DNA of 64,000 nucleotides from Vairimorpha necatrix (Eukaryota): NCBI GenBank assembly GCA_036630325.1, contig CP142732.1, positions 620,001 to 684,000 of the forward strand, read 5' to 3'. Shown piece by piece: positions 12,335 to 24,508 of this stretch (position 1 is its first letter; each line of letters starts with the position of its first letter). The notes under the pieces were generated by a model. It saw only the letters and a program-made list of their open reading frames with translations, ran no database searches and was not told where the DNA came from. The position numbers and the translations under genes were made by a program.

Positions 12335-15300
12335 TCATCATATATATAAAAGAATTTTATTTAATTTTTTACCCCTCTTTTTAGTGGTTTTAAAATTTAT
12401 AACCGATACATTTTGAGCCTTTTAAGTTATTATAATATTAAAAATAAATTTAATGCACTAATTTGAATATTATAAGTATGTACATTTAATTATAGTACTT
12501 TTTTGTTTTAATTATTATTTTTGTTAAACTCAGTTCCAAAATATCGTCAGAATCGTTTTTTAGAATTTATTTAACCCTTCTAGAAAAACTTTAAAAACAA
12601 TTGACAAAAGAAGAAATTGGATGTAAGCGTCAAAAACTGAGCTTAAGAAGTTCCCAAAATTATCTCATTGAGATTATTAAATGTTTTACAACAACATTAC
12701 TCTTATATGATACTAAACAGTATTTTTTAAAATCATGTCTTTACCCTGTCAAATTCAATCAGCCCAAAATGGAAACTTTACAAAATTTAAGGATGAAAGA
12801 CATATTAAAAAACTAAACATTTAGATCCCGTTTCAAAACGGGAAAGCATACGCTAGTCATCATCATCATATATATAAAAGAATTTTATTTAATTTTTTAT
12901 CCCTATTTTTTGTGACTTTTAAATTTCTAAATGATACAATTTAAGCTCTTTACGTTAATAAAATATCAAATTTAATTTTAACGTTTTAATTTGATAATTG
13001 TGAGTGCGTATATTATATATTAATGCATTTTAATTCATATTATTATTTTTGTAAAACTCAGTTCCAAAATATCGTCAGAATCGTTTTTTAGAATTTATTT
13101 AACCCTTCTAGAAAAATTTTAAAAATAATTGCCAAAAGAAGAAATTGAATATAATGATCAAAATCCGAGCTTGGGGAGTTCCCAAAATTATCTCATTGAG
13201 ATTATTAAATGTTTTAAAACAACACTTCTCCTTATATGTTACTAAAAAGTATTTTTGAAAATCATGTCTAAACTCTGTCAAATTCAATCATCCAAAATGG
13301 AAACATTACAAAATTTAAGGATGAAAGACATATTATTAAACTAAACATTTAGAATCCGTTTTCAAAACGGGAAAGCATACGCTAGTCATCATATATATAA
13401 AAGAATTTTATTTAATTTTTTACCCCTCATTTTTGTGGTTTTGAAATTTCTTAACGATATGTTTTGAGCTTATTGTTTTAAAATAATAACAAATATAGAT
13501 TTAATGTTTCAATTTGATAATTGTAGGTGCGTATACGACATGTTAATACTTTTTAATTTTGAATATTATTTTTGTTAAACTCAGTTCCAAAATATCGTCA
13601 GAATCGTTTTTTAGAATTTATTTGACCCTTCCACGAAAAATTATAAAAAGATTTAACCAATAATGATTTTGATGATAAGTGTCAAAAATTGATCTTAGAA
13701 GTTCTCAAAATTATTAAATTGAGATTATAAAATGTTTTAAAACAACATCCCTTCTTATATGTTGCTAAAAAGTATTTTTAAAAAACATTTTTTCTCTTTT
13801 TTAAATTCATTATCCTAAAATGGAAACTCACCAAAATTCACCGAGGCGGGACATATTATAAAACAAAACATTTAGATCCCGTTTTCAAAACGGGAAAGCA
13901 TACGCTAGTCATCATATATATAAAAGAATTTTATTTAATTTTTTACCCCTCTTTTTTGTGATTTCTTAAAATCTAAACTTCTTATTATAGCTTATTGTGT
14001 TATTATGATATCAAATATAAGCTCAAAGGAGGATTTGGGCTATCATATGTGCGTATACTGTATATTAATGCATTTTTATTCTATTTATTATTTTTGTAAA
14101 ACTCAGTTCCAAAATATCGTCAGAATCGTTTTTTAGAATTTATTTAAACCTTCTAGAAAAATTGTAAAAACATCTGACAAATAAAGATTTTAAATGTAAG
14201 TGACAAAAATTGAGCTTAGAAGTTCCCAAAATTATCTCATTGAAGTTATTAAATGTTTTAAAGGAACATTACTTCTTATATGTTTCTAAAAAGTATTTTT
14301 GAAATCATGTTTTTCTTTTTTTAAAATTTATTCATTCCAAAATGGAAACGCAACAGAATTAAAAGAGGAAATACATATTAAAAAACTAAACATTTAAATC
14401 CCGTTTTCAAAACGGGAAAGCATACGCTAGTCATCATATATATAAAAGAATTTTATTTAATTTTTTACCCCTCTTTTTTGTGGTTTTGAAATTTCTAAAC
14501 GATACAATTTGAGCCTTTTACGTTAATATAATATCAAATTTAATTTTAACGTTTTAATTTGATAATTCTAAGTGTGTATGTTATCAGTTAATACTTTTTA
14601 ATTCTATTTATTATTTTTGTAAAACTCAGTTCCAAAATATCATCAGAATCGTTTTTTAGAATTTATTTAACCCTTCTAGAAAAATTTTAAAAATAATTGC
14701 CAAATAAAGATTTTGAATATAAGTGTCAAAACTTGAGCTTAGAAGTTCGCAAACTTATTTCAATGAGACTCATAAGTGTTTTTAACTCAACTTTACTCCT
14801 TATATGCCACTAAAAATTATTTTCAATGAACATGTCTTCCCCCTGTCAAATTCAATCATCCCAAATGGAAACTTAACAAAATTTACCGAGAAGGGAGATA
14901 TTAAAAAACTAAACATACAATTCCCGTTTTCAAAACGGGAAAGCATACGCTAGTCATATATATAAAAGAATTTTATTTAGTTTTTTGCCCCTATTTTTTG
15001 TGATTTTGTAAAATCTAAACTTCTTATTATAGCTTATTGTGTCATTGTAATATCAAATATAAATTTATTGCTTTAATTTGACTATTCTAAGTGTGTATGT
15101 TATTAGTTAATACTTTTTAATTTTGATTATTATTTTTAGAAAACTCAGTTCCAAAATATCGTCAGAATCGTTTTTTAGAATTAATTTAACCCGTCCACGA
15201 AAAATTTTAAAAACAAAATACAAAGAAGAAATTGAATGTAAGTGTCAAAAACTGGGCTTAAGAAGTTCTTAAAATTATCTCACTGAGTTTATTAAATGTT

Positions 15301-15473
15301 TTAAAACAACTCTACTCCTTATATGTTACTAAAAAGTATTTCTAATAAACATGCCTTTACCCTGTCAAATTCAATCATCCCAAAATGGAAACTTAACAAA
15401 ATTTACTGAGACTGGACATATTATAAAACTAAACTTTTAGATCCCGTTTTTAAAACGGGAAAGCATACGCTAG
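12335..15473 (+). repeat. Six head-to-tail non-autonomous Helitrons (~520-529 bp)
   Basis: Units 12335-12856, 12857-13385, 13386-13908, 13909-14430, 14431-14953 and 14954-15473. Each starts TCA..TATATATAAAAGAATTTTATT and ends with a TCCCGTTTT/AAAACGGGA-type hairpin plus AAGCATACGCTAG. Confidence 0.92.
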
Positions 15474-15751
15474 TATATTATAAATAAGTATTCGCTTGTG
15501 TCTATCTTTGGACTTGAAATTTTTAGCCCCTCAAAAACTGATTTGGATTTTCTACACAATAAGTTAGTACATCTGAATCGAAAACCGTTCGAATAAGAAA
15601 AATCATGTTCCAAAACCATGCTCTCATAACATTTCGAGCATGTTACAAATTCCTCAAGTAAGCCATGCCTTTGAATAAAGGCCATGGCTGCTTCATTTGA
15701 AGAAAAAATGTCAGATCTCGAATTTCTTGGTTCTTATTCAAAATTATTCAT
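15474..15751 (-). pseudogene. Merlin transposase, N-terminal zinc-ribbon part
   Basis: CCC..ATG at 15751 with one in-frame TAA at codon 6. CSKC..FRC..C motif. Continues as ..EYLFIIY|SWLEK across the excised Helitron array. Confidence 0.85.
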
Positions 15752-15929
15752 TTTTTAGGGGTTGTAAAAATTTTCCCAGTTTAGGGCCTATTCCCGGGAA
15801 ATGCCGTCTTTTTTACGTTCATTACCCGGGAATAGGCCCTAGCGCCAGACTTTCCAACTAAACTTTTCCAGCTTCATTCCCCTTTGCCGACACCACTTCT
15901 TTATCAGCCGCCATATATGCTTTTGCGCT

Positions 15930-16350
15930 TGCAGATCTAGCTACTTATTCATCTCCTGATCGTATCCTCGTCGTCGTTCCAAAGAGATGAACTCCAGGGT
16001 CTTCTTCATCACAATAGACTGGATGTATGCTTCAGGTAGGGTTGGATTTTCAGCTCGTTGATGTACTATCTGTGATATTTGTCACCACTTTATCCCATGT
16101 CATTATATAAGGAACTATTTTTGCCCGAGAGTTATGTTTTAGTCTCAGTTCATTTGCAAGAAGGTCATATTTTTTGAGCTTTTCGTTCTCGACTATAGTA
16201 AGTCGATCCTGGTTGGTTATACCAACTTCAACCATAAGAATTTCTTTCTTCCTCTTGTCAAACACAAGAATTTCAAGCTTATTATTGGTCACTTTTTATT
16301 AGTGGATTCTCGTATCTACCCTTATTTCTGCACGATCACATTCCATGATC
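15930..16350 (-). mobile_element. Non-LTR retrotransposon 3' fragment (REL endonuclease)
   Basis: AEIRVDTRI..NNKLEILVFDK..EVGITNQD..VENEKLKKYDLLANEL..IVPYIMTWD. Confidence 0.8.
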
Positions 16351-16637
16351 CCTTGTTTTTTACCCAAATAAATCACATATTCTATTAATGTTTTGAGTAC
16401 GACATATTTAAACTTTGACTTGTCATGTATCTGTAAGGCATGACCATTTTTTAACTAGTTTCTGAATAGTTTCTATAGTAATAATATTTGTTATTGGTTT
16501 TAATCTTTCTCTTAGATTCCATGTCCTTCAAAGACAGACTTTCTTAGATATTTTATTTATTTTTTTGTTGTCAACACTAAACTACAAATATTTGTGTATT
16601 TATGAAAAAAGTAACAACCATACTTATTCGTTTGTTT

Positions 16638-17704
16638 GGCTAAAATCAGCTTTAGTGTAAAAAAAATGGGGTGGTCAAAATTTTTAAAAAATTGCCCCTT
16701 TTTTTAAAAAACGAAGGGAATGCGAGTAAAGAAGAAATTGAAGATTTTTATGAACATCTGCTAAGAAAGAAATATAAACAGAAATGTTCAATGTGTGGCT
16801 GGGATACATCTAGAGTATCTAACGAAACATTTTATTTGAGATGTAAATTTCCCAAATGCGGCCAAAGATTTTCAATTTGGAATAATACTCTATTTTCAAA
16901 TAGTAAGATAGATCATATTCTTATGCTGAAAATTGTTAATTATGGACAATGGGACTTAAAATAGCGCATATTTATAAAATTTTAGACTGTAATATGCAAA
17001 ATGTAAGTGCTACACTTGAGAAATTATATAAATTAAAAATTTATGAAAAATATATAAATAAAACAAAACAAATAGGAGGCGAAAATATTATAGTGGAGAT
17101 CGACGAAAGTAAAATAGGTAAGAATAAATACCACAGGGGAAAATTAGTTAAAGGATTTTGGTGTTTTGGGATGGTAGAAAGAACAACAGAAAAGAAGATA
17201 ATATTTGTCATAATAAATAAAAGAAACAAGGATACATTGCTGCCGATCTTATTTAAGCATGTAAATTTGAAATCTATCATTCATTCCGATATGTGGAAGG
17301 CCTATATAACGTTAAAAAGCCATTACGCGGACCATAGAACTGTAAATCACAGTCAAACATTTAGAGATAATGAAACAGGTGTCCATACAAACACCATCGA
17401 AGGAAATTGGAGGTCTTTAAAAGCCTCTATACCCAATAGGTGTAGGACATATGAACTTTCTGAAATCTCTTTAACTCTATATATGATTAAAAGAAATGAG
17501 AGCGAAGACATCTTCAAAGCATTATTAAAATTATGTTTTTGATATATTTTATTTATTTTAAAGTTAATTTTCATGCATTTTTATATCTTAATTATATTTT
17601 ATTATTTTTCTGAAGTTTTCTCTTCCCTTCGTTTTTTAAAAAAAGAGGCAATTTTTTAAAAATTTTGACCCCCAATTTTTTTTACACTAAAGCTGATTTT
17701 AGCC
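16638..17704 (+). mobile_element. Merlin DNA transposon, 1067 bp, frameshifted transposase
   Basis: ~82-bp TIRs starting GGCTAAAATCAGC and an 8-bp TSD GTTTGTTT. ORFs 16671-16964 (CxxC zinc ribbon) and 16949-17542 (VEIDES, HSDMWKAY, HTNTIEGNW). Confidence 0.93.
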
Positions 17705-18066
17705 GTTTGTTTGTAACTCATCTTGAAAGGCCACTTGAAAAGATTGACATGTCATTGGATGTGTGTGAAAGGCGATATTTATGATTTTTGTCTATGTGAT
17801 GTACTTATGTACATCACAGAAACAAACAAGACCATAAAATATTGATGTCTTTAACTTTGAAGCATACTTATACAATAGTCTTTTGTTCGTTGAGATTTGA
17901 CAGGTCTAAAACAGAAAATTGACATGCATGAAAGAGACATTTGACATGTTTACATGTTGCAATTCTTACAAAAACATCACAATTTTTTTTATTAAAAAAA
18001 AAATTTATAAAAATTTGTATCGATATATGACGTTAAGCTATAAATGATTTTTTAAAAATACATCCC

Positions 18067-19167
18067 ATGTTAAAAAAATTTTTTTTAATTCAGACAATCG
18101 TGTTTATTTGTTTGGATAACATTGTTCAAACAGTTAAAGTTTGTAAAACCAAAAAAAAGAACGTTGATAAATGGTTTCCTAGCAATCCCGAGAAACAAAA
18201 TTTAAATGCTGATAGCTCAAGCCATTCGTATATTTTGGAAAACGAATCTAATGTAATAGATAGATTAGATGATACTACTAACGAACAAAACAGTGGAAAA
18301 CAATACGAAGAAAATGAGCACTGTGGACTAAAAAATCTAGGATTAACTTGTTATGCCAATTCCCTTCTACAATCATTATTTCATATAAAAAGGTTTAGAG
18401 ATAAAATTAACGAATTCGAAAAAGGAGAAATGATGCTGTCGTTGAAAAAACTATTTCAAGAAATGCAAAAAAACAAAATTTATGAACCCAAAGATTTATT
18501 AGATCATATTATTAAAGATTTTTATACTTTTGAAGATATTAATGAATTCCATTTACAATTTTTTGATAAACTTATGGAAAACAAAGAAGAAGCAACAAAA
18601 ATAAGCGAACTGGATAATTTAATAACAGGAACTACAAAAGAGACAACCAAAAATGAAGAGGGGGAAAGCATTGAAAGACGAGATGATTTTAAGAATATTT
18701 TTTTACCTACGAGTAAAATAGATGGAACATTTATTGATAATTTAGAAGAATCCTTAGCCCAAGAATTTTCAAAGGATGGTACAGTAAAAAAAGAAATAGA
18801 GAAGGCACCAGAGATTTTATTTTTACTAATTAACAGATTTGTGTGTAAAGAAAATTACACTATCGAAAAATATGATGGATTATTCAAATTTTCTAAAGAA
18901 ATCGATATCAGTCCATATTGCGTGGACAAAACAATAGAAAATACTTATAAACTACATTCTGTTATAGTACATTTAGGATATAGTACTTGGGGGCATTATT
19001 TTTGCAATATTCTTATAGATGGTAAGTGGTATTTATTTAATGATGATAAAATGGGAGTGATCGAAGAAAACGATGCAATTGAAGAACAATTTGGATGTTC
19101 TACAGAAAACCCGAATGAAATGAAGAAGTATTCGGCATATTACTTGGTATACGTTAAGAAAAATTAA
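18067..19167 (+). CDS. Ubiquitin-specific protease (peptidase C19) with an N-terminal signal-peptide-like segment
   Basis: Cys box GLKNLGLTCYANSLLQSL, His box VIVHLG..GHY, WYLFND; CCC-ATG start. Confidence 0.9.
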   Translation: MLKKFFLIQTIVFICLDNIVQTVKVCKTKKKNVDKWFPSNPEKQNLNADSSSHSYILENESNVIDRLDDTTNEQNSGKQYEENEHCGLKNLGLTCYANSLLQSLFHIKRFRDKINEFEKGEMMLSLKKLFQEMQKNKIYEPKDLLDHIIKDFYTFEDINEFHLQFFDKLMENKEEATKISELDNLITGTTKETTKNEEGESIERRDDFKNIFLPTSKIDGTFIDNLEESLAQEFSKDGTVKKEIEKAPEILFLLINRFVCKENYTIEKYDGLFKFSKEIDISPYCVDKTIENTYKLHSVIVHLGYSTWGHYFCNILIDGKWYLFNDDKMGVIEENDAIEEQFGCSTENPNEMKKYSAYYLVYVKKN

Positions 19168-20573
19168 AAGAACTTTACTAATACCATAAACTTTTTATTT
19201 TAAAAAATTACAAAAAAAAATGTGTTTAAAGTCTAAATATATTTCTTAAAATGATTTTTGTGGTATATTAAAGAAAAAAATAATCTGTATGTACTTTGTG
19301 AAGGAACAGATCTACGAAAGTTTTTATTAAGTTCAAAATAATTACCAGAATATATGGGTTTAATTATTTACTGTATTTTAGCTGCAATGTCATTTATCAA
19401 TCGCCAATTAATTGATTGATCTTTGATGTGTCGTACTTACAACACTCTTCCTCCTTTCAAAAAAATACTTTCTCACGTTACTTAGGTTTGAAGTATTATT
19501 CTTCCATCTGTTATCTTGATGTCAACAGATTCAAACCTTTCAGCAATAATTGTGTTACTAAAATTATAATCTGCTCCTAATTTATGTTCTTTACTGACTG
19601 GATGATGATAAAGTATATTATCTCGATTTTATTTTTTTTCTCTAATTTTACTTCTTGTCGGTTTGCAGACTTGTTTATAGTAAATTATGTGCTGTTTTTT
19701 GTTTTGACATTTTTTCTTCGACCAAATTTCCCGCGGTTTACAGTTTATTTCTCGACGAAATGAATCCAGATATCTTTCCAACGTTTTCTTAATGCATTGC
19801 ACCCAGTCAATACTCCGCAAATTGACCCCCTTTTTAACTTTTTAACAAATGTTTTCTTTGAATCCCTATACTAACCCGACAGCTGTAGGTGTATATGGTA
19901 CACCTAGTCTCCATTCAATTTTATGTATCGTTGCTAAATTTTTCATACTTTGGTTCAAGAATTCTTTACTATTATCAAATATCACAATCTTTGGTGCTCT
20001 CAGTTTTTTAGAATATCTTCGAGTCCCGTACTCGTTTCCGTTGCATCCTTAGTTCGCAATGGTATTACATTTGCTACCTTCGAGGAATGATAGATTATGG
20101 TTATAAATATCTAAATTCTTTTTGACTTTGTGGTAGAGGCCCTACTATGCCAATTTCCTATATTTCGTATAGCTTATTCGCTCTAACCAGAATGTCGCTT
20201 TTCTTGATGTAATATGATCCTATCTGTTGACAGTTAAAGTACTTTTATATTGTCTTAAGAACTTCCTTTTGTAGACCTTTTATTTTTGCGTTCCTTAAAG
20301 CGAAATCTTTGCTTTTTTTGATCCATATGTTAACCGTTTGTGTGTCCATTTAACGCGTTTCATAACTTAACCTTTTCTTTTATGACTTTAATACTCTGCG
20401 GTTCTCCCATCATTCGACTTAAAGTGTCACTTGGATTATTCTGTCCTTTAATATGTTCGATCTTTATATCATATTTTTGCAGATAGAGCGCCCATCTCGC
20501 GAACTTTGTTTTCATGTTTATACTCTTAAATAAAAATTTTATCGCACTATGATCAGTTCTTAACAGAAATTTC

Positions 20574-22045
20574 GGTACATGGCCGTTTGGAATTCGCTTT
20601 GGGAAAATGAACCCGCTTTGGGAAAATAAACCCGCTTTAAAATTTTAAAGGACCCCCCCATAAAAAAATGGCAAAATTGGCAAAAACAATGTTTGTTGAG
20701 GCAGATGAGGTTTTTAGTGATGAAATGTTTTTATACATGGAATATAAAGAAAAGTTTATTTTGGAAACATTTAATGCTGAATCGGCGTGCGCCTTGCTCG
20801 TTTCTGTAACTAGTAGAAATACTGCTTTTTCCTTGAGGCAATACAAGAAAATGTATAACCTGTTTCTATTATGATCTCTAATCAATTGGTAGCATATGAT
20901 GCCACATTAGCTAAGCAAAGGGATGGAGCACCGTACTAAGATTTTTTTTTCTTGCAAGTAAGAGGTAGGGAGAAACCTTACATAGGGACCAGAGGGATTT
21001 GGGTGTAATCCTCATGCAACGCTTACTGTGAGATTCTTACTCACTAAAACTCCCTCCATACAACTTGCCGGTGCAGCAAGCTCCGCCGTATCCATTGGAC
21101 TTTGGCTTCAGGAGAACACTTTCCATTTATACCTCAAATCGCGTCCAGAGTGACCTCACAGTGGATATACTTAACGGGCATGGTTTTCATTAACCCGAGG
21201 AGAGACATCATCGTACTGACTCAAAGGTCCCTACAATCATCCGCATTGCACACACGGCTCCTTACACGACCACATCCCGGCCCGGCGTTTTATTGGGTGC
21301 GTTGACCACCAGTCTCCCACAAGTTTCGGCCACCGTGTTACAGAATCATGTAGGATAGGGACCACGAGACCTTCTATTACCCTACTTTGTCTAGTCTCTT
21401 AGTTAGCTCTAGGATCCCACTCTAGAGTGCACCAGCCATGGCTCCAACTAGGCCGTACCCATTAGATACTTTTATGCATCATTAAGTCACCAAAAGGTGA
21501 TACTGCTTTTTGGCTTGAGGTGCGTTTCTACACTAGATGCTAATCCCCTTGTGGCGGGACACACACAAGTTTCATTGAATCAACTTAATGATTATCGTGG
21601 ACATTTTCATCATCTGAGTTGTTCCAACTGCATCATAGAAAGTAGAAACAATTTTGGTGCCCCTGGGAATCGAACCCAGCCATTGCTCAATGGAAGCATA
21701 GCATTCTACTACTGTGCTAAGGGCACCAGCACAGTACTAAGAATCACTCTATAAATCCGTAACCTCTGGCGATTCTGAGTCACAATACCATATAATTTAG
21801 TTGGGTTTGGCTCTTTTCTATAGGATATATTCGCTCTAGATATAAACAAAGAAGAACATTATGAGACCGCTTACAGTTCCACTGGGCTTTCCAAATTCCC
21901 CAAAATCACCAGATAAATTGTCTCTGTCATTATTTAAAATAAATCATCAAGTCCCTTTTTTATAATTTTTTTTATTTTTCCCTTTTTTTTGAATTTTTCA
22001 AAGCGGGTTCATTTTCCTAAAGCAGGTCCTAAATGGTCATTTACC
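20574..22045 (+). mobile_element. Non-autonomous TIR element (GGTACATGGCCGTTT ends) inserted in the gypsy RNase H region
   Basis: Imperfect ~50-bp TIRs and a degenerate 8-bp TSD (GAAATTTC/ATAATTTC). A relative lies at 26764-27337. Confidence 0.75.
20942..21727 (-). mobile_element. tRNA-derived SINE (~790 bp)
   Basis: tRNA-like head 21727-21655 with A box TAGCACAGTAG, B box GGTTCGATTCC and a GGTGCCC/GGGCACC stem. Poly(A) tail. 15-bp TSD AGCAC(C/A)GTACTAAGA. The empty site is seen in the 26764-27337 relative. Confidence 0.85.
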
Positions 22046-24508
22046 ATAATTTCTTTCCAATTAAGTAATGTCTGAAATGCTCAGTTGCTTTGATTATTGC
22101 TAATAATTCTTTTTCTGTCGTTGAATAATTTTTTTTGCCTTTGAATGCACTTTAGAATAATAACATAAGATTTTTTCATTCCATCTTTGTATCTGTAAAA
22201 GTATTGCTCCCGATCCTAATCTGATGCATCTGTAGTGAGAATAATTTTTCATTAAGATCAGGCATTCCAAGTACTCCCGTTCGTCAAATGTTCTCTTTTT
22301 CGATCCTATAGCTTTAATATTTTTTATATGTCTCTAATTCTCTTCCAATTTTTTTCTGAATTCTTTTTTATTAATCCATTAAGGTAAGTAGTTTCTTTCG
22401 ATAATTTTTTATAAACTTACTACAATAGTTAATTGTCCCTAAAAAATTCTAACGCTTTTCTGTTTTGAAGGATTTTTAGTTCTTTGATCGCTTTTATCCT
22501 TCTGAGTCAATTCTAATTCCTCCATAAGTCACTACGTGTCCAAGTGTTTGGATTTGTCTCTGTTCGTATTCACGTCTGCTATCGTTAAGCTTTAATTCTG
22601 CCTTATTTACTAATTCAAGCTTTTTTCTATCGTGTTCCCTATGTTCTTCCAAATTCTTACTATATATAATAATGTCATTCATATACGCCATGGTAAACTT
22701 CCCGAGATACGGCTATAATATTCTATTTAACATCCTCTGGAACGTCGCTGGAGCGTTCATTAGACTAAATGGCATGTACATAAATTCATAAAGCTCACCC
22801 CGCATGAAAAGGTGTTTTTTTATATTATTTTCATTCATTTTTATCTGGTGATATTCTCATAAAGCATCTGATTTAGTGAAAAAGATTGATCCGTGCAGAG
22901 AGTTTAAATCTCATCAACCCGGGGCATGGAGTACAAGTCTTTTATTGTTATTATTCATTCAGTCTTCTGTAGTCGACGCATAACCTGTAATCTCCGTTCT
23001 TTTTCTTTGCCAGTACCACTGGGCTTCTCCATGGACTATTAGACTCCCGTATAACACCTTCTTTTAGATATTGTTTAACAATTTTCTTCGCTTACTTTTC
23101 CGCTTCCGCCTGTGACCTATAACTCGCGTTCGTTATTGGAGGAAGATTTTTAGTGATAATCCTTTGTTCTCCCAGATTTCCTTTTGCACATTCTTTTTGT
23201 ATCCATTCAATATATCAGTCTATTCAAAATTCAATTTTGACTTTATGTTTCTTAAGGAGCCCGAAATCAATAATTATAATTGAATTTTTATCGTTAGTTG
23301 CACAAAATTTTCTTCTAATGCTTGTTCTCCAATCGTAAATCTTTGTCTTGTCATACCCAAAGTTTTTATTTCAGTACCATTTGCAGAGATAAGGCTTTCT
23401 GTGTGTTCCAGTTTTAGATTCCTAACGAATTTTTCTTTAATTAGGCTTACGCATGCTCCTAAGTCGATTAGCGCTTGTACTGCGAATTTCCAAATTTGTA
23501 CTACTACTGTGAAGTCCTTATTATAAGTTATACCCCAGGACCCAATAGAGTTGTAATAATTAAGGGGTTTATTTTCATAAATTTCATCCTCTTCTTAAGT
23601 TTCCATTTCAACTTGCCTTATACTTGTTTACGATGTTTTTTTTTTCTTTTTTCACATTCTTTCTTAAAATGTCCTTTTCTGCCTCAATACCAACATTCCC
23701 TATTGCCCTGCACTTTGCATATCACAGAGTTTCTTCTTTGACCTTTTAAAGGTAATGCCATATACGTATTCGATCTATTACTACAATCAAGTCCTTCACA
23801 AGCATTATAGATATAGTTTCATCTAAGTTCAGACGGCGTATTCATCAATAAAATTCCTTCAATATCATCAGGCAAACCATTGAGTACGATGCAATTAGCA
23901 CATTATTTGGGAATCCAGCTTTTATTGAAATTATCCTCAGTTGATTTAAGTACGATAAAAACGATCGAATGGTATAGACATCGTGCTAGATTTTTTATGT
24001 GCCCCACTCTGCCCAATCTAACTTTAAAATTTTTTAGAAATGCCTCACACAAAAATTCGAATTCACAGTTCCATGGCACCAATTCCGCCCATATAGTTGC
24101 TTCCCTGCTTATGATCACAAAGGAGGAAACCCTTTCCCTCTTCTCCACAGTTTGTAAAAAAGACACATCCCCTTATGTATGCAATGAATGCACCAGGACC
24201 ATCTTCTCTACTGTTTCTAAAGTTTTTTTTATTTGCCGCTGTCGCCAAACTGTTGTGGTCAGAATAATTACCAAAAAACATGGGTTTAATTATTTACTAT
24301 ATTTATAGATTAATGTCATTTATCAATCACTGTTTAATTGATTGATCTTTGATGCGTCGTACTTACAACAGTGCTTAGATCACACTGGAGATAAAAGAAT
24401 ACTATTTTATAAGTATTCTCTTCCTTTAAATTATGTCCTTGGAGTTAAATTAACAATATTTTCCCGCCTATAAGCATAAAAGGAAATCATACCTTTAAGG
24501 GCAAAAAG

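Larger units (their letters stand above)
5623..15838 (-). mobile_element. Merlin (IS1016-like) DNA transposon interrupted by a Helitron array
   Basis: 16-bp TIRs GGCCTATTCCCGGGTA at 5623 and ending at 15838. The transposase halves 15751-15474 and 6351-5703 join in frame when 6352-15473 is removed. No TSD found. Confidence 0.85.
19325..24370 (-). mobile_element. Decayed Ty3/gypsy retrotransposon (gag-PR-RT-RH-IN) with 120-bp LTRs
   Basis: LTRs 19325-19444 and 24251-24370, roughly 83-85% identical by eye. PBS TGGCGACAGCGGC and PPT GAAAGGAGGAAGAG. ALIDLGA protease, YMNDIIIYS RT, LRTDH RNase H and integrase remnants. Confidence 0.9.

Noticed and set aside
12335-15473. CRISPR-like or satellite array
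   Set aside because: Units are homologous along their whole length, have Helitron TC/hairpin/CTAG ends, and there are no unique spacers or cas genes.
21655-21727. Functional tRNA gene
   Set aside because: The D and anticodon arms are non-canonical, and the sequence heads a TSD-flanked, poly(A)-tailed repeat.
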